Positions 29,830-38,846 of a DNA stretch of 64,000 nt are shown in pieces (the first letter of the stretch is position 1; the number at the start of each line of letters is the position of its first letter). Source of the DNA: an uncultured Acidimicrobiaceae bacterium (lineage in GTDB: Bacteria > Actinomycetota > Acidimicrobiia > Acidimicrobiales > Bog-793). Location: assembly GCA_963831155.1 (NCBI GenBank), contig CAWHOY010000006.1, positions 842,987 through 906,986 on the forward strand. Reading direction: 5' to 3'. Below the pieces are notes generated by a model. That model worked only from the letters and a program-made list of their open reading frames with translations. It made no database searches and was not told where the DNA came from. The translations under genes and the position numbers were made by a program.

Positions 29830-30486
29830 ATGCGTAGGAAGACGTTCGACCTGATCCTGACGAGTGGGGGCGCGCTTGTGGTCGTCGTCCTCCTCGCCGC
29901 AGGTGCACTGGCGATGTGGGGCTACTCGTACTCGAACTCGTCGGTCCACAACCAGCTGGCAGCCCAGCAGATCTTCTTCCCGTCGAAGGCGGCGTTCGCC
30001 GGAGTGAACGCCTGCGGAACCCCGAAAGCGGTCGCCGCGGTGTGTCACCCGAAGACGTTTGCCGAGATCACACCGGCGATGGTGAAGACGGTCGAGCCGT
30101 ACGCGGGTCAGCAGGTGTTGAACGGCCAGCAGGCCGCGGTGTACGCGAATGACTTCATCGCCGTCCACCTTTCCCAGATGCCGTACCACGGCGTCTACTC
30201 GCTGGTGAGCGGGGCGGCATTGGCCGCCAAGCCCGGCTCGGCCGCAGCGACAACGCTGAAGGCGGCGGAGACGACGATTTTCCAGGGCACGACGCTTCGT
30301 GGTCTGTTGCTCGAAGCGAACGGCTTTTGGACCTTCGGTCAGATCGCCCTGTGGTCCAGCATCATCGCCTTCATCTTCGCTGGCATCATGGCCGTGCTGA
30401 CCGGACTTGGCGTCTGGCACACACGCCGGGTGTCGCCGGCAGAAGAGTTTCCGAAGCTGCTCAAGGCCGAGGCCAAGGCCGCCTAG
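29830..30486 (+). CDS. conserved membrane protein of unknown function (N- and C-terminal TM helices)
   Basis: 218 aa. ATG is preceded by GAGGGAG with a 7-nt spacer. Codon usage is host-typical. TM helices are at aa 10-30 and aa 170-195. I could assign no family. Confidence 0.6.
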   Translation: MRRKTFDLILTSGGALVVVVLLAAGALAMWGYSYSNSSVHNQLAAQQIFFPSKAAFAGVNACGTPKAVAAVCHPKTFAEITPAMVKTVEPYAGQQVLNGQQAAVYANDFIAVHLSQMPYHGVYSLVSGAALAAKPGSAAATTLKAAETTIFQGTTLRGLLLEANGFWTFGQIALWSSIIAFIFAGIMAVLTGLGVWHTRRVSPAEEFPKLLKAEAKAA

Positions 30487-30654
30487 GGATCAAGTCCCGG
30501 GGGCAAGAGGCTCCCGGACCGGGGAGGAGGGCCCCCCTCTTCTTCTCGGATCTGCTGCGCCGGTTTCGAGCGAGGCTCGGACCGGCGCAGTGGCGCGTCC
30601 AGCCTCGGTGTCCAGAGGTGCGCCGCGGGAGACCTGCGGTAACGTCAATGACAG

Positions 30655-31578
30655 ATGGCTGAACAAGCAAGCCCGCGCTTCGGCGCCGTCCTCACCGCGA
30701 TGGCGACGCCGTTCGACGAGCGTGGCGAACTCGATCTCGACGGCGCGGTGACGCTCGCCCGCTACCTCGTCGACCACGGATCGGACGGGCTCGTCCTGTC
30801 CGGAACAACCGGCGAGGCGCCGACGCTCACCGATCACGAAAGGACGGCGTTGTGGAGCGCCGTCGCCGACGCCGTTGGCGCGCCGGTCATCGCCGGCGCC
30901 ACGACCGCCGACACGCGCCATTCGGTAGAGCTCACAACCGCGGCGACCGAATGCGGCGTGGACGGCATCTTGGCCGTCGTTCCGTATTACAACCGGCCCT
31001 CTCAATCCGGCCTCGAGCAGCACTTCCGTGCCGTCGCGGCGGCGACGCCGCTTCCGGTCGTGCTGTACGACATCCCGATCCGCACGGGGCGGAAGCTCTC
31101 CTCAGAGACGATCCTCACACTCGCACACGAGGTCGACAACATCGTCGCAGTGAAGGACGCCGCCGGTGATCCCGCCGCGACGCTGAGGCTGCTCGGGCGC
31201 GCGCCTTTTGGGTTTGAGTGCTACTCGGGCGACGACGCGCTCACGCTGCCGCTGCTCGCGGCCGGCGCAGTCGGATTGATCGGTGTCGCGACGCACTGGT
31301 GTGGGGACGAGTGCAAGGAGATGATCACGCGCTTTCGATCAGGCGACGTCGACGGTGCGCTCGAAATCGGCCGCGCGCTCGCGCCCAGCTTTTCCTTCGA
31401 GACCGGCGACGAGGCGCCGAACCCGATCCCGCTGAAAGCGATGCTGCGGGTCCTCGGTTTGCCGGCCGGCGAGTGCCGGCTGCCGATGGGTCGGGCGCCG
31501 TCGTTCGTCGAGGAGCAGGCGAAGTCCGTCCTCGCCGAACTCGACGCGTGGCGCCAGACGCGCACACTTCGTGGCTGA
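30655..31578 (+). CDS. dapA: 4-hydroxy-tetrahydrodipicolinate synthase
   Basis: FGAVLTAMATPFDERGELDLDG...LVLSGTTGEAPTLT...YYNRPSQ motifs typical of DapA; 307 aa. Confidence 0.9.
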   Translation: MAEQASPRFGAVLTAMATPFDERGELDLDGAVTLARYLVDHGSDGLVLSGTTGEAPTLTDHERTALWSAVADAVGAPVIAGATTADTRHSVELTTAATECGVDGILAVVPYYNRPSQSGLEQHFRAVAAATPLPVVLYDIPIRTGRKLSSETILTLAHEVDNIVAVKDAAGDPAATLRLLGRAPFGFECYSGDDALTLPLLAAGAVGLIGVATHWCGDECKEMITRFRSGDVDGALEIGRALAPSFSFETGDEAPNPIPLKAMLRVLGLPAGECRLPMGRAPSFVEEQAKSVLAELDAWRQTRTLRG

Positions 31579-33232
31579 ACGCGTCCGGATCGCCTTCCTC
31601 GGCGGGCTCGGCGAGATCGGCCGCAACTGCGCGGTCGTCGAACAACACAAACGCCTGCTCGTCATCGACTGTGGGGTGATGTTCCCCGACCCCGAGATGC
31701 CCGGTGTCGATCTCGTCCTGCCGGATTTCACATACCTGAAGGAGAACGCGGAGCGCCTCGACGGCATCGTGCTCACCCACGGACACGAAGACCACGTCGG
31801 CGGGCTGGGCTTTCTGCTGCGCGACATCTCGACGACCGTTTACGGCTCGGCGCTCAGCCTCGGGCTGGCGCGCAGCCGTCTCGAGGAATCGCACGCCGCG
31901 GCGGGATCAGAGCTCGTCGAGGTCCACGACGGCGAGCGCCGGACGATCGGTGCCTTCGACGTCGAGTTCATCCCCGTCACCCACTCGGTGCCGCAGGGAT
32001 TCGCGATCGCGATCCACAGCACCCAGGGGGTGATCCTCCACACCGGCGACTTCAAGCTCGACCTCACCCCCGTCGATGGGCGCCGGACCGATCTGGCGCG
32101 CATCGGCGCGCTCGCCGATGCGGACGGCATCCGCCTCGTGTTGGCGGATTCGACGAACGCCGAGGAGCCCGGTTTCACCCGCAGCGAGCGTTCGGTCGGG
32201 GAGACCTTCCGCCAGATCTTCGCCGAGCACCAGCAACGACGCGTCGTGGTCGCCTGCTTCTCGAGCCACATCCACCGTATCCAGCAGATCGCCGACGCCG
32301 CCGTCGCCAACGGTCGGCACGTCGCATTGTTGGGCCGATCGATGCTGCGCAACGTCGCGCTCGCACGCGAGCTCGGTCTGTTGTCGATCCCCGAAGACGC
32401 GCTGATCGAAGTCGAGACCGTCGAGGGACGCCAACCCGGGTCGGTCTGCGTGATCTCGACAGGCTCCCAAGGTGAGCCGATGTCGGCGCTCTCGCTATTG
32501 GCGGCAGGCGAGAACCGGCGCCTGTCGATCGAGGAGAACGACGTCGTAGTCCTGTCCAGCCACGCCATCCCCGGCAACGAGTGGGCCGTCGGGCAGGTGA
32601 TCGACGGACTGTCGCGACGGGGTGCGTGGGTGATCCACTCCGGCGTCGCGCACGTCCACGAGACCGGCCACGCGAAGCAGGGCGAGCTGCAGACGCTCTT
32701 GAACGTCGCCCGCCCGAAGAGCTTCATCCCGGTCCACGGCGAATACCGTCACCTGCTGCGCCACGCCCGACTGGCGATCGAGATGGGCGTCCCCCAGAGC
32801 GCAGTCCTTTTGTGCGAGGACGGTGACGCCGTTGAGCTCACCGACGAGGGGATCGACTTCAACGGGGAGGTCCCCGCCGGCTACCAGTTCGTCGACGGCG
32901 TCGTCGGCGACGTCGGAGAAGCCGTGCTGCGCGACCGGCGCGTCCTTGCCGAGGAGGGCGTGGTCGTCGTCGTCGTCACCGTCGACGGACGCTCCGGCGA
33001 GATCGTCACCGGTCCGGAGATCATCACGCGCGGCTGGGTCTACGCGAACGAGGCAGAAGAGCTGATCGAGGACGCGCGCACCGAGGTGACAAAGGCGATC
33101 GCCGAAGCGACCGGGGCCGGCGCGCACGACGTCGAAACCTTGCGCCGCGTCGTTCGCCGGGCGACCGGTCGACTCGTCAACGAAAGGACGCGTCGCCGTC
33201 CGATGATCGTCCCCGTCGTGATGGAGGCATAG
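31571..33232 (+). CDS. rnj: ribonuclease J (metallo-beta-lactamase/beta-CASP RNase)
   Basis: RIAFLGGLGEIGRNCAVVE..., THGHEDHVGG, and the beta-CASP and C-terminal domains are present. It has an 8-nt overlap with dapA, as in the actinobacterial dapA-rnj pair. Confidence 0.9.
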   Translation: MAERVRIAFLGGLGEIGRNCAVVEQHKRLLVIDCGVMFPDPEMPGVDLVLPDFTYLKENAERLDGIVLTHGHEDHVGGLGFLLRDISTTVYGSALSLGLARSRLEESHAAAGSELVEVHDGERRTIGAFDVEFIPVTHSVPQGFAIAIHSTQGVILHTGDFKLDLTPVDGRRTDLARIGALADADGIRLVLADSTNAEEPGFTRSERSVGETFRQIFAEHQQRRVVVACFSSHIHRIQQIADAAVANGRHVALLGRSMLRNVALARELGLLSIPEDALIEVETVEGRQPGSVCVISTGSQGEPMSALSLLAAGENRRLSIEENDVVVLSSHAIPGNEWAVGQVIDGLSRRGAWVIHSGVAHVHETGHAKQGELQTLLNVARPKSFIPVHGEYRHLLRHARLAIEMGVPQSAVLLCEDGDAVELTDEGIDFNGEVPAGYQFVDGVVGDVGEAVLRDRRVLAEEGVVVVVVTVDGRSGEIVTGPEIITRGWVYANEAEELIEDARTEVTKAIAEATGAGAHDVETLRRVVRRATGRLVNERTRRRPMIVPVVMEA

Positions 33233-33295
33233 CGTCGATTGACGCTTGATCGTCGTCGACCGCGGATGACGGACGCGTCTTTTGGTATCCGAGCC

Positions 33296-33931
33296 CTAAA
33301 GCTGTTCGCCGGCGAAGACGTGATCAGTGATCCGGTTGCCCTCGTCGGCAAGAGGACACGTCCATGCCGCGTTGTAGCGACAGGACGGGTGGTACAAGAA
33401 GTTGAAGTCGACCACGAGCCGCTCTCCATCTGATCCGAGGTCGGCGCCCTTCGCGGTGTCGAGCAGATAGCGGCCGCCGCCATAGCTCGTGTCCCCGGCG
33501 GTTCCGTCTCTTATCGGCAGGAAGAGGCCGCCGGCGTAGTCCTCGATCCACCACAGCGTCAGCGTCGAGGCGCGGAACCGCGGTGGGAGCGCCAGCTCAC
33601 CGATTGCGCGCATCTTGACGACTCCCCCGATGCCGGTGTCGACCGAACGGCGACTCGTCTTCGGCGTTGGTGCAACTGCGATCGCGAAGCGCAGAGACGG
33701 GTCGTAGGACCAGTACTGCGGTCCGGCCTCGCGCATCGGATCGTCGGGCGCGAGCGGGCTTTGTGGATGGTCCCGGAACAGCGCGCGGCGTCCTTCGCGC
33801 CATACCTCGTGCGCCGCTTCGGGATCGGCTTTTGCGCGGACCCGCTGATAGAGCGAGGCAACCTGACGCCGCCAGTCGGCGAGCTCGATTTCAGCGAAGG
33901 CCGTCATTTTGGACGCCAGTCGGGGTTTCAC
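33296..33931 (-). CDS. DUF1684 family protein
   Basis: The C-terminal signature TSYGGGRYLLD...VVDFNFLYHPSCRYNAAWTCPLADEGNRITDHVFAGE matches my recollection of the DUF1684 pattern. Confidence 0.7.
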   Translation of the reverse strand: MKPRLASKMTAFAEIELADWRRQVASLYQRVRAKADPEAAHEVWREGRRALFRDHPQSPLAPDDPMREAGPQYWSYDPSLRFAIAVAPTPKTSRRSVDTGIGGVVKMRAIGELALPPRFRASTLTLWWIEDYAGGLFLPIRDGTAGDTSYGGGRYLLDTAKGADLGSDGERLVVDFNFLYHPSCRYNAAWTCPLADEGNRITDHVFAGEQL

Positions 33932-33964
33932 CCCGAGGGCCGGGTCGAAGCGCCGGAGGTGCGG

Positions 33965-34873
33965 TTAGAGAGCGGGTGTCGAGACGAGTTTTTCGTTCAC
34001 GGCGGTGAGCGTCAACCGCAGCGACTTCAACGCTTCGGATTCGATCTGGCACGCCCGTGACGCGGTGACCCCGAGTTGCTTTCCAACCTGCTCGAAGGTG
34101 AAGCCGTGGAAAAGGTGCAACTGGACGACGATCCGCTGACGCTCGGGAAGGTCGTCGACCGCTTTGCGCAGCTCGTCGATCTCGCTCGAGCCGACGACCG
34201 AGTCCTCGGGACTCACCGACTTCTCGTCGGACAGCGTCTCGACGAGACGCACCGACCCGTCGGGCTCTTCGACTTCGACGATGTGGTCGAGGTGCAAGAG
34301 CTGCGAGGAGCGGATCCCGGACATCACGGCGGTCCGCTGGGTGCCGGTGACACCCATCGCGTCGAGCACCTCTGAAGATCCGGGCGTCCGTCCGAGCTGG
34401 TGGCCGAGGTGATCCGCCGCCGCCTGGTACTCGGTGACGTGGCGGCGCACCCCGCGGGGCAGCCAGTCGAGCCGGCGGAGCTCGTCGAAGATGGCGCCCT
34501 TGATGCACATCGAGGCGTAGGCGGGGAAACGCTCGATCGGGGAGGACGCTTCGAAGCGGTCGATCGCTGAGATCAGGCCGATCAGCCCGAAGCTCGCCAG
34601 GTCCTCGCGCTCCCAGTACGCCCGCACGGCGTCAGACAGCTGGGAGACGACCATCAAGACGAGCGGCTCGTAAGCGAGCAAGAGGTCGTTGCGGTGCACC
34701 AGGTCCGGCTGCGCCCGGTACTGCTCCCACATTCGCGCGTACGTGGCGTCGGTGAAGCTGTACCGGCGCGTTGTGTTCGTTTGCCCGTTCTGCCGCGACG
34801 GCTTCGCGGGGTCGGCCGCGCTGGCTCGGTTCGCGGGAACGTCCTGCTCAGAGGCGCGTGACGTCATCGTCAT
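33965..34873 (-). CDS. RNA polymerase sigma factor, FliA/WhiG (group 3) family
   Basis: Region 2 is FGLIGLISAIDRFE...FPAYASMCIKGAIFDELRRLDWLPRGVRR (the DELRxLDWxPR hallmark of FliA/WhiG). Region 4 is LPERQRIVVQLHLFHGFTFEQVGKQLGVTASRACQIESEALKSLR. I place the start at ATG 34873 (AGAGGTGA upstream). The track ORF begins at GTG 34912. Confidence 0.85.
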   Translation of the reverse strand: MTMTSRASEQDVPANRASAADPAKPSRQNGQTNTTRRYSFTDATYARMWEQYRAQPDLVHRNDLLLAYEPLVLMVVSQLSDAVRAYWEREDLASFGLIGLISAIDRFEASSPIERFPAYASMCIKGAIFDELRRLDWLPRGVRRHVTEYQAAADHLGHQLGRTPGSSEVLDAMGVTGTQRTAVMSGIRSSQLLHLDHIVEVEEPDGSVRLVETLSDEKSVSPEDSVVGSSEIDELRKAVDDLPERQRIVVQLHLFHGFTFEQVGKQLGVTASRACQIESEALKSLRLTLTAVNEKLVSTPAL

Positions 34874-35227
34874 TGGGTCACCTCTGCGCGCGCTCGGTGG
34901 TCGGACGGACACAGCACTTGCGCATCATAGGCACCATTCGCCACATTCCGATAGAGGAAATTGTCGCGGCGAATGGGTGCGGTCATTTCACCAAAAAATG
35001 CCGATGGTGCGCGCTGCCGGCTCGCGGATCGTTGCGGCTCGCGATCTCCCGCCGCCGATCGTGCAGCGCGTTCCCGCTGATCACAACGGCCGGTGATCGC
35101 GCGGAGCGCGGCGAACGGGGGACTGTGCGCGGGAAAGGTGAGAGCTCTATCGCCACTATGAGTGACTATTTTACCACAGAAAGTGGTGATCGTCATTTAC
35201 GCCCGTTTCCCCTTGTTGTGCCACTAA

Positions 35228-37690
35228 ATGGAGCCCCGTTCCTCGTCGTTAGGAAGCGCGAACACCGAGCGAGGGAGCGGAGCGGTGTCCGAACCGACAG
35301 TGGCGTTGCCAAAACTTCGTGCCGAAAATCGGGCGCGCCGTTTGCGTCGACGACTCGTCGCGCGCCGCCATGTCGTGGTCGGATCGATCTTCGTTCTGCT
35401 CGCGGCGGCTGTCGTGCTCGACCCGACAGGCTTCATCGTCATCGCCGCTGGATCGATCGGCTCTCTGATCGCCGTGTGCGTCGGTGTTTGGATCTACCGC
35501 CCGGCACGCCTTGGACCGTGGCTGTTGGTCATCGGCGCGCTCGTTCTGTTCCTCGCCGACGGCGTCACGCGCGACCTGTACTCGTCGCTCGGCAACCTGA
35601 CGTGGCACCGGACCCTGGTCCCCGACCTCCTCGCCCTGGCGGGGTCCGTGTTCTTGGGGAGTGCGCTCGTCGGCTTCGACCGCGCTCGTCACGACTCTCG
35701 AGCGAGGCGACGCGTGATCATCTACGACGGCGTCCTCGCCGCGCTCGCCCTCCTGGCGCTGTCATGGGTGTATTTGATCGAGCCGATCGTCTCGCTCCAC
35801 CACACTCCGCTCTTGGTACGGATCAGCCTCGTCTGCTATCCGGCCGTTTCGCTGTTCCTGTTCGTACTGATCGTCCAGATCGCCTACGGAGCCGGTCGGG
35901 TGCGCGGCGCAGCGGACCACTATTTGATCGGCGCGGTCTTGGCGATGTTCGTCGGCGACGCGATCTACATGCTCGCCGAGATCCACGTCGTACCGGACTC
36001 GCGGCTGATCGAACTTCCCTACTTGATCGCCTTCGGTGCCGCGGCGGCCGGCGCGCTCGATCCGTCGATGCGGCTGCTCACCGAACGCGGCAGCCTTCCC
36101 GGCACGCGCTGGACGAAGCCGCGCTTCGCGCTCGTCGTCGTGGCGCTGCTGATTCCGCCATTCTTGGTCCTCGCCACCCACAACGATCCGCTCAGTGAGC
36201 GGGCTGTGCTGTTCGGCATCGTGCTCCTACTGGCGTCGACGGCGATTCTCGAAATCGTCCAGGCGCTTAGGGCGATGGAGCAGTCGGAGTCCCGCCTCAC
36301 GCACCAAGCGCTGCACGACGATCTGACCACGCTCCCGAACCGACGCAACCTCGGCAGTCACCTGACCCGGGCGCTCGCCAAACTCGAAGACCCGGACTCC
36401 CAGATCGCGGTGATCCTCTTCGACATCGACCGCTTCAAGCTGATCAACGACACGCTCGGCCACGGCCACGGCGACGAGCTGCTCGTGCAGATCGCGCGCC
36501 GCCTACGCGTCTTCTGCGACGACGTCGATTTTGTCGCCCGCGTCGGCGGAGACGAGTTCGTCGTCGTTCCGGCGAGGGTCGTCGACGACGGCGAGGCGCG
36601 CAGCATCGCGAACGAGCTGCGCGCCCAGCTGAACGAGCCCTTCGTGATCGCCGGCACCGAGCTGCACGTGACGGCGAGCGCCGGCGTCGCCTGCTCCGGT
36701 CCACACGGCGGGCGCGCCGGTGCGGAGCAGTTGATCCGCAACGCCGACACCGCGATGTACCAGGCGAAGGAGGCGGGCCGCGACGCGGTCGCGCTGTTCG
36801 AGGACTCGATGCGCGCCCAGCTCAGCGAGCGCGTCGCCATCGAGCGCGAGCTGCACCACGCCGTTGAGCGCCACCAGCTCCATTTGGTCTTCCAGCCGAT
36901 CATCAGCTACGAGACGGCCGACGTGGTCGGGGTCGAGGCGCTGGTGCGTTGGGCGCATCCGACGCTCGGGGTGATTCCGCCGTTGCGGTTCATCGGGATC
37001 GCCGAGGAGACCGATCTGATCGGCGAGATCGGCCTGTTCGTCTTGGAGGACGCGTTGCGCACGCTGGCGCTCTGGCGGGCGATCCCCGGCTACGAAGACC
37101 TCAACGTCTCGGTGAACCTTTCGGTCGTGCAGCTGAAAGACGACCTCCTCGTCCAGCGCGTGGCGCGCGCGTTGCACCTACACAAGGTGCCGGGATCAGC
37201 ATTGACGCTCGAGATCACCGAGTCCGAGATGATGCGCGATCCGGAGTTGTCGATCGCCGTGCTGAACGAGCTGCGCCGTCTCGGCGTGCGGATCTCGGTC
37301 GACGACTTCGGCACCGAGTACTCCTCGCTCGCCTACCTGCAGCGCCTGCCGATCGACGAGCTGAAGATCGACCGCAGCTTCGTCGTCGGCATGGGCTCCG
37401 GCGACCCGGCTTCACAGACCCTCGTCGCGGCGATTGTCGCGATGGCGAACGCGCTCTCGATCCGGACCGTCATCGAAGGGGTCGAGACTTCCGATCAAGC
37501 GATCAAAGTCGCCGAGCTCGGATGCCACTGCGCCCAGGGGTTCTTGTACGCGCGTCCGGCGAGAGCCGATCAGGTGATCGACATCATCGGTCTGCTCAAG
37601 CGCTGGTTGCCCTCGGCGCTCGCTCCTGAGAAGGCGGGCGAGGAACTTGTTCCACCGACTCTCGAAGTTGTTCAAGGTCAAGTGAAGTGA
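35228..37690 (+). CDS. membrane-anchored GGDEF-EAL protein (diguanylate cyclase/phosphodiesterase)
   Basis: The first ~330 aa are polytopic (about 9-10 hydrophobic helices). The GGDEF domain has an intact RVGGDEFVV. The EAL domain has VGVEALVRW, DDFGTEYSSL, KIDRSFV and EGVET. An alternative start is GTG 35285 (GAGGGAG, 7-nt spacer). Confidence 0.9.
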   Translation: MEPRSSSLGSANTERGSGAVSEPTVALPKLRAENRARRLRRRLVARRHVVVGSIFVLLAAAVVLDPTGFIVIAAGSIGSLIAVCVGVWIYRPARLGPWLLVIGALVLFLADGVTRDLYSSLGNLTWHRTLVPDLLALAGSVFLGSALVGFDRARHDSRARRRVIIYDGVLAALALLALSWVYLIEPIVSLHHTPLLVRISLVCYPAVSLFLFVLIVQIAYGAGRVRGAADHYLIGAVLAMFVGDAIYMLAEIHVVPDSRLIELPYLIAFGAAAAGALDPSMRLLTERGSLPGTRWTKPRFALVVVALLIPPFLVLATHNDPLSERAVLFGIVLLLASTAILEIVQALRAMEQSESRLTHQALHDDLTTLPNRRNLGSHLTRALAKLEDPDSQIAVILFDIDRFKLINDTLGHGHGDELLVQIARRLRVFCDDVDFVARVGGDEFVVVPARVVDDGEARSIANELRAQLNEPFVIAGTELHVTASAGVACSGPHGGRAGAEQLIRNADTAMYQAKEAGRDAVALFEDSMRAQLSERVAIERELHHAVERHQLHLVFQPIISYETADVVGVEALVRWAHPTLGVIPPLRFIGIAEETDLIGEIGLFVLEDALRTLALWRAIPGYEDLNVSVNLSVVQLKDDLLVQRVARALHLHKVPGSALTLEITESEMMRDPELSIAVLNELRRLGVRISVDDFGTEYSSLAYLQRLPIDELKIDRSFVVGMGSGDPASQTLVAAIVAMANALSIRTVIEGVETSDQAIKVAELGCHCAQGFLYARPARADQVIDIIGLLKRWLPSALAPEKAGEELVPPTLEVVQGQVK

Positions 37691-38549
37691 GGTCCTCGGT
37701 CGGTCGCAGCTCGACGTAGCCGGCGATGCGCCGCGCCGTCGCCGCCGCGGCGAGCGGTGAGAGTGGTGCCATCGCCGGTTCGAGGCCGACGCCTTCGAAC
37801 ATGATCCCGTGCATCGGCGGGTCGACGAGCGCCAGCTCCCGCCGGTAGCCCGAAACCGAGAGGTAGACGGGCAGGCACTCCGAGCCGAGGTACGGCCGGC
37901 CCTCGGCGAAGGCGATGAAGGGCTGGTGAAACCGGGCCCGCGACATACGCAAGACGGCTAAGTCGATGATCGCGATCATCCATTCGAAGCCGAGCTCCGC
38001 GGCGGTGCGCAACCCCGACTGGTAGAGGCCCATCGAGACGAGTCCGGTTGCAAACGGACTGCGGTACTCGGACGCGACCGCGAGCGTGGCGATGTCCCAG
38101 GTGCGCTTCAGGTCGCACGGCAGCGCGTAGCGCTTCAGGTAGCCGTCGGCGGTCTCGTGCCAATCCCTCGGTAGATCGTTGACCGTCTTTAGTCCGGCGC
38201 CGCCCTCGGTCGGCAGGATGATGCGCACCGCGCCGGCCGGTACCTCGCGCCGGTGGTCGAGGACGCAGAAGAAAAGGCTCGACGACTCGTACTCGCCGTA
38301 CTCGGCGCGGATCGTCTCGGGGGTCATGCCGTAGCTCTGCAAAAGGATTGCTGACTCGACGGCGCGGGCGAGTTCGGCGGCGGGGTCGAACGGACCGAAG
38401 CAGTAGGCGCCGAAAGGCTGGTTGATTCCTCGCGGAATCACCGAACGGGCGAGACCCCGCAGCCGCTCGGAGGCGAGATCGACCGGTTCCATCGCGACCC
38501 CGCTACGCGGCACGCGAGAGCGCCGAGTGGTACTCGCGCTGCGCTTCAT
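37596..38549 (-). CDS. hypothetical protein with weak GNAT/FeeM-LuxI-like acyltransferase resemblance
   Basis: 317 aa with host-typical codon usage. Segments such as EYGEYESSSLFFCVLDHRREVPAGAVRIILP and WDIATLAVASEYR...GFEWMIAIID resemble the acyl-amino-acid/AHL synthase-like GNAT pattern. This is from memory only. The last 95 nt overlap the 3' end of the convergent GGDEF-EAL gene. Confidence 0.5.
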   Translation of the reverse strand: MKRSASTTRRSRVPRSGVAMEPVDLASERLRGLARSVIPRGINQPFGAYCFGPFDPAAELARAVESAILLQSYGMTPETIRAEYGEYESSSLFFCVLDHRREVPAGAVRIILPTEGGAGLKTVNDLPRDWHETADGYLKRYALPCDLKRTWDIATLAVASEYRSPFATGLVSMGLYQSGLRTAAELGFEWMIAIIDLAVLRMSRARFHQPFIAFAEGRPYLGSECLPVYLSVSGYRRELALVDPPMHGIMFEGVGLEPAMAPLSPLAAAATARRIAGYVELRPTEDLTSLDLEQLRESVEQVPRPPSQERAPRATSA

Positions 38550-38846
38550 CGCTGGTCGGCGCGTCGTCGTCGCCCTCGAGGACGAGGCGCTGGCGGCGGA
38601 TCGACGGTGTGAGCTTTCGCGTCGGTCCGTGTAAAAGTTGCACGCGAGACGAGTGCATACTCCTGAGGTTAATGAGGGATATCGCGCTAGGACAAATGAG
38701 CAGGTGTAATGACGAATTTAGACCATATCCACAGGCGGTATAGCCGTTGACGTGCGGTCCGATGCCCCTTGTGTACGACTCGGTGAATTCTCTGCGCTAT
38801 CGCCTAGGTTCTCGCAATGCAGATTCCGCCGATACTGCGGTGAAAA

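Noticed and set aside
30615-30654. AGAGGTGCG upstream of dapA, which resembles the 5' start of a lysine (L-box) riboswitch
   Set aside because: Only about 40 nt separate it from the dapA ATG, whereas an L-box needs about 180 nt with several conserved helices. No other L-box elements were seen.
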